Below, one piece after another: positions 57,311 to 64,000 of a stretch of DNA of 64,000 nucleotides. How positions within the stretch are numbered: position 1 is the first letter of the stretch; each line of letters opens with the position of its first letter. The notes beneath the pieces were generated by a model. That model made no database searches and was not told where the DNA came from. It saw nothing but the letters and a program-made list of their open reading frames with translations. The position numbers were made by a program, and so were the translations under genes. Location: positions 28,522 to 92,521 of the IMG/VR virus record IMGVR_UViG_3300042471_000228, one strand, 5' to 3'. Source of the DNA: a virus.

Positions 57311-60070
57311 TTATACAGCGTATGGAGCACAAAATTTAATTATTTTAGTGGGATTTCCACCACTTGAATAAATGAAAGGATACAATGATCCTCCATCTAT
57401 AGGTGGTCCATAACTGAAATTACTAAGTATGGAATTAACAAAATACGATTGACCCGAAGATGTACCTGCAATAATATCGCCTAAAAATTCATCAGTAGTT
57501 AAATTATAACAACTAAAAGCTGTAGTCAAAGATGTTGTTACTTCTGACCAAGTATTTTTTCTATAGAAAAGAATTCTATTACCATTAACCTGTCTTTCTA
57601 TCATGAATCCACAATTTCCTATAGTTCTTGTTAATAATGGTGTAAAGCTAGTATATTCCATTTCATAAAACTTCCCTTCTAAAGAATTAGTTACAAAATA
57701 AGTACCTTCTTCGGAAGCTGCAATTGTTAGTATACTACCTACAATTGTTGGACCTGTACCCATGTCAGGAATAACTTCTGTACCAAACTCACGTTTTGAG
57801 TATGTTCCATCAGTTAAATTAACCAAATATAAATATGGTATTTCTCCTACAGAATATCTTGATGGTCTAATTAACATATTTCCTGTTTGGTCAGCAAATT
57901 CGTACTTAAAACCTGCATCACTTGCTGCATCAACACCAGTCCCAATACCTATAAATGTTACCTCTGCAGTCATATTAGTACCCTCTATATAATCTATAGA
58001 ATCTAAAGTTTCTAAATCATGTATTATTATATTTAATGATCTTTGATTATTTACAAATGGAGCAAGCGAATTAGTGATACCATATAAAGAACCATCGTAA
58101 ACATAAAACTGGTATCTACTATATGATGTTGCTGGATCTTCATAAGTAACTATATCATTTTGAACAATACTTTTTACAGTTGTTGTATTTGCTGTTATAT
58201 CGTACTTAACTATATGTTCAGCATTTCCTAAATAGCTTTCTACACCAGTTCCATCAGTTCCTGCTGTTTCACCATACGTAAAGTATAAACAATTGTTTGC
58301 ACTATTATAAGCAAGACCCATACCCATAGTAAAACCTCTATCGGGAGCTAATCTTGGTAAATTATCTTCATTAAGAATAACTGTAAACTGTTCTGTTGAT
58401 ATATCAAAAACACCTAACGATCTATCACCACCACTAGTTAACATATAAACTTTATTACCTAATCTTGCGGTATTTGCTGGAAAAATACCTGGTGTTACTT
58501 CAGTAATACCACCATTAGGGAATACACACTCAGGAGCAGGAGTAGGAGCAGTACCACAACATGTGTCAAACCAAGCAGTACCACTAAACATAAACAACTT
58601 GTTCAATGTATTATTAAAGTAGATGCTACCTGGTTCTGGATTTGCAGGGTGTGTTGGTTCAACTGGAATACTTAATCTACCAGGAACATTCAATTGATTA
58701 ACTCTAACATGCTCACCAGCTTCAGGATTAGCTATGGTTACTCTAAGACCGGTCCAACTATTAGAATAAGCGGCATCTCCAAAAACATTATTACCACCTT
58801 GATCTAAGATCTGATTTACGAAAGTCATTGATCCATCAGGTGATTCTGTTGGATTCTCAGGATCATAAGTATTTACTAAATCATCAATATGGAAATTATA
58901 TACGTCCTCTAAACGATATAAGTACTTAGTAGTTGAGGTACCAGCCGCTTTGAAGTTATCCATGTTAACTTTTGTAGTACCGTCTACTCCATGAATATGA
59001 GCTGTATACTTACTAAGAAAAGTTGGTAAACCTGCACGATTACCAGGATCTTTAGAATAACAAGATATACCAGTAATATTCTCACCACCGGTAAACAAGA
59101 AACTTGTACCTTTAACGAATCCAGCATTATCTGATCCAATATCATTAATGGTAACAGTACCAGCTTGAGCAGGTAGAGTTATACCTAGTGAGTTAGGAAT
59201 ACTTGTTCTTACTTGGTTAGCTTCTGCTCCACAACTTGACATTGTTACAGAGTTAGCATTTCTCATCCAGTAACCAAGACCATTTGAATCTGATGCACAG
59301 TTACTAAGAGTAGAGTAGGTTGTATTATGAATAGAGAAACCAGCTAAGTAACAACCTGAAGCATAACATGTATCCAAGCTAGTACTAGTTGTAGAACCAG
59401 CAATATAGAATCCGTGACCACCTGCATTTCTAACACGAGTGTTTTGGATTTTAGATGCCATTCCACCATACATCATGATACCATGACGACGAGCTCCATC
59501 AATAAGAACTTCATTAATCCAAATATTGTTCAAGTTAGAACCAGATGCGTCAGGATTACCTTCAGTCAATAAGATACCACCAGAACCTTGTGTAGAATAT
59601 GAAACTGTTCCACCAGAACTAGTATAAACAGACTTAACACCTACAAGATCTACATTCATAATAGTAAGAGAATCAGACGATGTCCAACCATTACCTGAGT
59701 CAGGTGTTGTTATAATATGATAACCACCATTGGTACTAGTCATAACAAAACGAGTAGAACCATTTGTAGACAAGCTGTCTTTTGCAGATCTACTAACACC
59801 AGTGATTGTAACATTGGGAGCTTGAATGTCAAACATATTTTGACCACTGGCAGACATTGTAAAGTCTCCTTCTCCAAATAGGAAAGTGGTACCTGCTCTG
59901 CGAATAATTACAGTACTATCAATAGTTGCTGTCTTATAAGCACTGCAGTCAAATACTGTTCCTTCTGGATATACAGCACTAGATCCTGCATTTTGAAGTT
60001 TTGCAGTAAAAGTACTACCTGTAACATTCTGTATAGGAATTGTACCTTTTTGATTAATTGATAAAGCCAT
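57311..60070 (-). CDS. Tailspike/depolymerase-like protein: parallel beta-helix + hinge + propeller-like domain
   Basis: Beta-helix rungs (GGHGFYI, LAGFSI, NGLGYWM); PANPEPGSIYFNNTLNKLFMFSGTAW hinge. Confidence 0.7.
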   Translation of the reverse strand: MALSINQKGTIPIQNVTGSTFTAKLQNAGSSAVYPEGTVFDCSAYKTATIDSTVIIRRAGTTFLFGEGDFTMSASGQNMFDIQAPNVTITGVSRSAKDSLSTNGSTRFVMTSTNGGYHIITTPDSGNGWTSSDSLTIMNVDLVGVKSVYTSSGGTVSYSTQGSGGILLTEGNPDASGSNLNNIWINEVLIDGARRHGIMMYGGMASKIQNTRVRNAGGHGFYIAGSTTSTSLDTCYASGCYLAGFSIHNTTYSTLSNCASDSNGLGYWMRNANSVTMSSCGAEANQVRTSIPNSLGITLPAQAGTVTINDIGSDNAGFVKGTSFLFTGGENITGISCYSKDPGNRAGLPTFLSKYTAHIHGVDGTTKVNMDNFKAAGTSTTKYLYRLEDVYNFHIDDLVNTYDPENPTESPDGSMTFVNQILDQGGNNVFGDAAYSNSWTGLRVTIANPEAGEHVRVNQLNVPGRLSIPVEPTHPANPEPGSIYFNNTLNKLFMFSGTAWFDTCCGTAPTPAPECVFPNGGITEVTPGIFPANTARLGNKVYMLTSGGDRSLGVFDISTEQFTVILNEDNLPRLAPDRGFTMGMGLAYNSANNCLYFTYGETAGTDGTGVESYLGNAEHIVKYDITANTTTVKSIVQNDIVTYEDPATSYSRYQFYVYDGSLYGITNSLAPFVNNQRSLNIIIHDLETLDSIDYIEGTNMTAEVTFIGIGTGVDAASDAGFKYEFADQTGNMLIRPSRYSVGEIPYLYLVNLTDGTYSKREFGTEVIPDMGTGPTIVGSILTIAASEEGTYFVTNSLEGKFYEMEYTSFTPLLTRTIGNCGFMIERQVNGNRILFYRKNTWSEVTTSLTTAFSCYNLTTDEFLGDIIAGTSSGQSYFVNSILSNFSYGPPIDGGSLYPFIYSSGGNPTKIIKFCAPYAV

Positions 60071-60073
60071 TTT

Positions 60074-60523
60074 TTATATTTTAAAGTAATTATATAACGT
60101 ATACCATTGTGCTGCTAGTGTATTATCTGCAATATAAGTAGCACTTGTTATTACACCAGCAGCAATTCCGTTTGCTGGTTTGATTGTTTGAGAATATGCA
60201 ACATCACCGTCTACAGCTGAACCAGCTGCGGGTTCTACAATAACATCATCAACACTCATAGACTGGATACTAATTTTATATCCGGAGTTACCATCACCTA
60301 CCTGGGGTAAATAAATAGTAACACTTCCTGCACCAACTGTAACAGTATTAGCAACAATAAAAACAGTCTCTAATGAAGTTAAGTCTGTCCATGTAATATT
60401 ATAACTTGTAACCGCTTCCGCATAAGGATCTAGTATAACCACTCTGGGTACACTAGGATTGGGTGGTGGTTCAAATGGTAGTTGAATCGTTCCACCTCTT
60501 ATTAAAAACGGATTGTTCGGCAT
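60074..60523 (-). CDS. Small fibre-type beta protein
   Basis: VTIYLPQVGDGNSGYKISI motif. Confidence 0.55.
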   Translation of the reverse strand: MPNNPFLIRGGTIQLPFEPPPNPSVPRVVILDPYAEAVTSYNITWTDLTSLETVFIVANTVTVGAGSVTIYLPQVGDGNSGYKISIQSMSVDDVIVEPAAGSAVDGDVAYSQTIKPANGIAAGVITSATYIADNTLAAQWYTLYNYFKI

Positions 60524-60528
60524 ATACT

Positions 60529-60560
60529 ATAATATACAAAAGTACAAAGATATCTACAAA
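60529..60560 (-). promoter_or_regulatory. Promoter TTTG-N20-TATATTAT heading the late block
   Basis: Bacteroidota-type spacing, 5 nt before the ATG. Confidence 0.6.
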
Positions 60561-60574
60561 TATAAAAGCATAAT

Positions 60575-60840
60575 TCGGACAATCAACATACTGTCGTATA
60601 TATCATGCATTAATACACCTTTCGGGGTATAATGTCCGTTATAACATACATAATCATACCTCAACGGGTGTTATATGACACATTATATTTATACCAGTGA
60701 GTATTATACCCCCGGGTACATCTGGTAGCACGTGTACCCCCGGTATAACCGGTGAACGTTTTGTTATAGGGGAGAGAGGGTGATGGGGTATATACGCATC
60801 ACTCCCCCGTGCGCACGCGGAACCGGGGTACCCCCCTTGA
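60575..60840. other. Non-coding strand-switch region with nested inverted repeats (candidate genome end/packaging site or origin)
   Basis: CGGACA/TGTCCG; GGGTACA/TGTACCC; GTGATG/CATCAC; GGGGTACCCC. Confidence 0.5.
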
Positions 60841-60892
60841 TTCTGTGACTCTTTGTCTATCATTAACACCGTAATAGTAAAAATTCTACACC

Positions 60893-61027
60893 ATGAAAAC
60901 AGATAAACAATGCACATGCAAAGGTGCAAGAACACTCACCTTTGACAAGAGCACACATGAACTTACATGTACTGGATGCTCGAAGCAAGTCGTTCGTGAA
61001 GATGATACTGATGACCTTCCATTCTAA
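60893..61027 (+). CDS. 44-aa Zn-ribbon-like microprotein ending DDLPF (missing from the track)
   Basis: MKTDKQCTCKGARTLTFDKSTHELTCTGCSKQVVREDDTDDLPF; ATG 17 nt after motif copy 1; followed by a hairpin. Confidence 0.8.
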   Translation: MKTDKQCTCKGARTLTFDKSTHELTCTGCSKQVVREDDTDDLPF

Positions 61028-61095
61028 TATGGGGGTCATCACCCTTCGGGGTGATTCAGCTATGAGTAACACCTTAATAATTAAAATCTATACAC

Positions 61096-61293
61096 ATGAA
61101 AACAATTAAGTTATTTAGTTGGTTCTTCGGAACCTTTTTCGCATCATTGTTAATACTATCAATGTGCATCGCTCTTGTCACGTGGACACCTGTCTACAAC
61201 GTAATTCACTCTGGTTGGAGTGTGTTCACAGTATTGACCTCGTTATGTATGGGGTTATTCGTCATTGCTGAGTTGGAGGATACCATCTCGTAG
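61096..61293 (+). CDS. Early two-TM membrane protein
   Basis: 65 aa with two hydrophobic helices. Confidence 0.75.
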   Translation: MKTIKLFSWFFGTFFASLLILSMCIALVTWTPVYNVIHSGWSVFTVLTSLCMGLFVIAELEDTIS

Positions 61294-61368
61294 TGTGTAG
61301 AGGAGAGAGCACCCTTCGGGGTGCTTTTTTAGCTATCAATAACACCTTAATGCTTCAAATTATACACT

Positions 61369-61674
61369 ATGCAAAACAATCAGCCCATTCTATCCTGCGC
61401 GGGTAGAGACAGTGTCAACATCGACGCTGTATTACTTCAACAGTTGTTGGAGAATTTCACACCAAATCTCATCGGTGCCAAACAACGTGCGGGTCTACTC
61501 GAACTTGATTTGCGTCTAATTGCCAAAGGTGAGTATGGTGATGATTCCTTGAAAGTATTCAAGGATATTATTACTAAAGAGTTCCTTTTCATCCAACTAA
61601 TGGAAGCATCTCGTCTTGCGAGACAGGTACCTGCGGGTTGCGAAGAAGTTCCATCTGTTGAAGATGATTTGTGA
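61369..61674 (+). CDS. Early hypothetical protein
   Basis: 101 aa; cassette leader; acidic tail VEDDL. Confidence 0.75.
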   Translation: MQNNQPILSCAGRDSVNIDAVLLQQLLENFTPNLIGAKQRAGLLELDLRLIAKGEYGDDSLKVFKDIITKEFLFIQLMEASRLARQVPAGCEEVPSVEDDL

Positions 61675-61873
61675 ACAAACTAAAAACAAGCGAGGCACCC
61701 TTAATTGGGTGTCTTGTTTTTTTATCTACTAATAACACCTTAATGATTAAAAATTGATCAAAAATTGATTAAAACAAACCCTAGAAGCGGGGTTCAATAG
61801 AGATATAATGCGAAGTGAAACTCTATTATTTTTATCTAATAAGAACACCGTAATAGTTTAAACTCTATATACT

Positions 61874-62074
61874 ATGGAACCAACACCATTATCACCAGCA
61901 GAACGCGCAGAGTTATTGCGCAACATTAACATGAAACAGGAGATGTTATTCGGTATACCGATTACTCCTGAAATGTACGACGAGGTGTTGCACGACGCAA
62001 CAGATTCTGCGCTGTTCGGAATCGCACTCGCGTTAACGCTAATGTTAATGACTAAGAGAAGAGAGGGGATGTGA
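61874..62074 (+). CDS. Early small protein with C-terminal hydrophobic helix
   Basis: 66 aa; cassette leader. Confidence 0.7.
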   Translation: MEPTPLSPAERAELLRNINMKQEMLFGIPITPEMYDEVLHDATDSALFGIALALTLMLMTKRREGM

Positions 62075-62164
62075 TCCCCTTTTCTCAAAGGTTACGCAAA
62101 GAGAGTACACTAATGTGCTCTCTTTTGTCTACGAATAACACCTTAATAATTCAAATCTATACAT

Positions 62165-62374
62165 ATGATAATTGTAACTGAATACAGAAAGATTTTCATC
62201 TTAGCAATGCTTGATGAAAATGAAAAAATTGTAGACACTCGTCGTTATACTGACTATGGTCTGGCAATGCACTGCAAAAAGAAATTTATCGAAGAAAGTG
62301 CTTATCATTCCGTAACACTAATTACGAAAGAAGTTCCTCATAGAGGATTCACGATTCAAGCAACTCCGTGGTAA
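62165..62374 (+). CDS. Early hypothetical protein
   Basis: 69 aa; cassette leader. Confidence 0.7.
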   Translation: MIIVTEYRKIFILAMLDENEKIVDTRRYTDYGLAMHCKKKFIEESAYHSVTLITKEVPHRGFTIQATPW

Positions 62375-62438
62375 CAACAGCACCCCTTAGGGGGTGCCTT
62401 TGTCTATAACTAACACCTTAATAATTCAAATATACACT

Positions 62439-62816
62439 ATGATTAAAACAATCACTATTGAGTGTTCATTAACGGATTTAATGGACGTACTCAACGCAAC
62501 AGGTAACGCGAAAGTTGCCACAGAAATCTTGAATGGTACTTATGTAGCACCTGATTATCCCAAGGAAATCATCGGTGAGTTCGAGACCAAGAAAGAAATA
62601 CATATCGTAAATGGTGATGAAGAAGCGATAGAAACCAAAATACCTGTTATATATACAGCAATTGGTTTAAATCCATTCAACGAATCAATAGGCTATCTGT
62701 ATGTAGATAGGTGGAATCAAACGTGCAATCGTGAAATGAGTCTGCGTGCATGGATGAAACTTGATGCAAAACACGGTTCACCGTATGCATTAGCAGCGTG
62801 TGACGACTGTATGTAA
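62439..62816 (+). CDS. Early hypothetical protein (start revised to 62439, MIKTITIEC...)
   Basis: The track's start lies inside the hairpin and motif; the 62439 ATG fits the fixed leader. Confidence 0.75.
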   Translation: MIKTITIECSLTDLMDVLNATGNAKVATEILNGTYVAPDYPKEIIGEFETKKEIHIVNGDEEAIETKIPVIYTAIGLNPFNESIGYLYVDRWNQTCNREMSLRAWMKLDAKHGSPYALAACDDCM

Positions 62817-62996
62817 TGTAATGAAAAGCACCCCTTAATTGGGGTGTTTTTCTATTATCAAAATGCGATTCTGTCACCGGTAGAATACCAGTGTTTACGG
62901 GAAAAACACCTTTTGTGTGGTGTGCCTGCGTAACCAGTATTCTAATCTACTCTTTTTTGTCTATTAATAACACCTTAACGATTAAAATTATACATT

Positions 62997-63464
62997 ATGT
63001 TCTACAAAATCAATTACACAGGGATTACTGTTCCGGGAGGAATGGACCCAATCACGAAAGAGCGTCGTGACGCAAAGCATTATTTCACAATCGTCGGTAT
63101 GGACGAGGAAACCATCGCACTATTCGCATCAGAGCAGATAGATAAGAATGGTTCCAATTTCTACAAGACCGACGAAAAGACGGGTTTACCGTTGTTCATT
63201 TCTCACGGATTTCAGCACGACGGAGAAATGTACGTCACACGTGCAAGCAAACCCAATAAGAAGGGTGTTCACAGTTGGTATGCGATTTCTTCGGAGGAAG
63301 AATTCGATACACTGTGTAAGGAACGTCCGCATATGCTCGTGTCCGAATTCGGAGGTAACGAACTGCGACGTCTTGCTGTGAAACGAATCAGAGACCGTGT
63401 GAGAGCGGTAAACACAACGGGTACAACCGTCGTGACCGAGAACACCGCGGAAGACGCGCTGTAA
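62997..63464 (+). CDS. Early hypothetical protein
   Basis: 155 aa; cassette leader. Confidence 0.8.
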   Translation: MFYKINYTGITVPGGMDPITKERRDAKHYFTIVGMDEETIALFASEQIDKNGSNFYKTDEKTGLPLFISHGFQHDGEMYVTRASKPNKKGVHSWYAISSEEEFDTLCKERPHMLVSEFGGNELRRLAVKRIRDRVRAVNTTGTTVVTENTAEDAL

Positions 63465-63505
63465 CGGAGATGCACTGCACCCTAACGGGTGTGGTGCATT
63501 TTTTA

Positions 63506-63685
63506 TCTATATGGGAAATTATCCTTAACACCTTATATATATGCGTGCAGTGGTCAGTGCTATAACCACGTAACACTAATATACCGAAAAACGTAAGTGC
63601 GTCCAGTGCGATAGCGCGATAGCACTATAATACTCGCTTTTGCGTTTTTGGTGTTTTTTTGTCTATTTGGGAAATTAACCTTAAT
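63506..63685 (+). promoter_or_regulatory. Second early motif TCTAT(A/T)TGGGAAATTA(T/A)CCTTAA (63506-63528, 63662-63684)
   Basis: Two near-identical copies, each after a hairpin and T-run. Confidence 0.7.
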
Positions 63686-63722
63686 AACGAAAACAAGTTT
63701 AACCATTTAATAACTAAAAACA

Positions 63723-64000
63723 GTGAAAGCAGTATCACTAAGTAGCTACACAAAGATTAGCGACAAGACCGGTAAACCCTACGATATGTTCGTATATGGT
63801 ATTACCAAAAGCACGGAAGATGAGATGAACGCGTATAAAGCGTTTATGAACAGCAAGAACTATGAAATCCGCGAAGAGGATGGAATGGTTATCTTCCAAT
63901 CACCGTCATTCGGTGGTGAAAACATCGATGTTAAGATATCACCTACCACAGGTATACCTTATATTGATAACAGTGCAGTGAAGAAAGCACGCAGTATCGC
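63723..64000 (+). CDS. Early protein, partial (GTG start, MKAVSLSSYTKISDKTGKPYDMFVYGI...)
   Basis: Open to the window end, after a class-2 motif and an A-rich leader. Confidence 0.7.
   Translation, partial: MKAVSLSSYTKISDKTGKPYDMFVYGITKSTEDEMNAYKAFMNSKNYEIREEDGMVIFQSPSFGGENIDVKISPTTGIPYIDNSAVKKARSI

Larger units (their letters stand above)
60856..62979 (+). promoter_or_regulatory. Eight copies of early motif (T/G)CTA-N5-AACACC(T/G)TAA(T/C) at 60856, 61059, 61332, 61725, 61835, 62128, 62403 and 62960
   Basis: Exactly spaced motif, 16-19 nt upstream of an ATG in 7 of 8 copies. Confidence 0.85.
61038..63504 (+). terminator. Family of CACCC-loop-GGGTG hairpins (61038-61055, 61303-61330, about 61690-61723, 62380-62401, 62824-62851, 63470-63504; related hairpin 62098-62126)
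   Basis: GC stems, mostly with T tails; each follows a stop codon and most directly precede an early motif. Confidence 0.8.

Noticed and set aside
1325-57992. Plus-strand ORFs of 60-240 aa in the late block (e.g. 38055-38774, 32286-32720, 40459-40869)
   Set aside because: They are antisense shadows of long codon-biased genes, with no leaders or motifs.
49387-60523. Diversity-generating retroelement or invertible fibre locus
   Set aside because: No reverse transcriptase, recombinase or TR/VR pair was seen in the window.
60924-61109. Track ORF of 61 aa, and the N-terminal extensions of the 62394 and 36765 ORFs
   Set aside because: They read through hairpin and motif junctions or overlap better-supported ORFs (60893-61027, 36710-36862).
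61745-61833. Hammerhead or other self-cleaving ribozyme
   Set aside because: GAAA is present, but there is no CUGAUGA core and no twister or pistol consensus.
60856-63690. CRISPR array or integron attC array
   Set aside because: The repeats are degenerate and separated by whole genes of variable length. There is no cas or integrase gene and no attC R-box pattern.
1-64000. Stop-codon reassignment (TAG or TGA), known in some Crassvirales
   Set aside because: Hallmark genes are full length in code 11, and TAG and TGA act as stops at coupled junctions (2624, 50144, 52929).
60541-64000. tRNA genes
   Set aside because: No cloverleaf with a GTTCRA T-arm context was recognised.

Overview
64 kb of a crAss-like (Crassvirales-type) bacteriophage genome, probably from an aquatic Bacteroidota host, read in the standard genetic code. 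Bases 1-60523 are one minus-strand virion/late block. In transcription order it holds: fibre, tailspike and decoration genes; a small wHTH, HU-like, PD-(D/E)XK and PhoH cluster; TerL; portal; scaffold-like protein; major capsid protein; basic microproteins plus an LCIB-like carbonic anhydrase; ring and ferritin-like genes; a Cys-rich FN3/vWA cluster; an IHF-like gene; ring proteins; the muzzle (tail stabilisation) protein; and large cargo/ejection proteins, the last running off the left edge. A GC-rich, palindrome-rich strand switch at about 60540-60850 precedes a plus-strand early region built from repeated hairpin + (T/G)CTA-N5-AACACC(T/G)TAA(T/C) + fixed-length-leader cassettes. Best leads: (1) a 3'-UTR stem-loop whose loop is antisense to a motif just upstream of four phage start codons; (2) the early cassette array, including ORF-less structured cassettes; (3) an unannotated first early microprotein ending in the SSB tip DDLPF; (4) a 2258-aa multi-enzyme cargo protein partitioned by a repeated linker and xxGG tags shared with other virion proteins; (5) two 22-aa peptide + partner pairs sharing one helix; (6) a capsid-locus LCIB-type carbonic anhydrase; (7) GATC depletion in the early region. 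All family assignments come from motif and synteny recognition; no searches were run.
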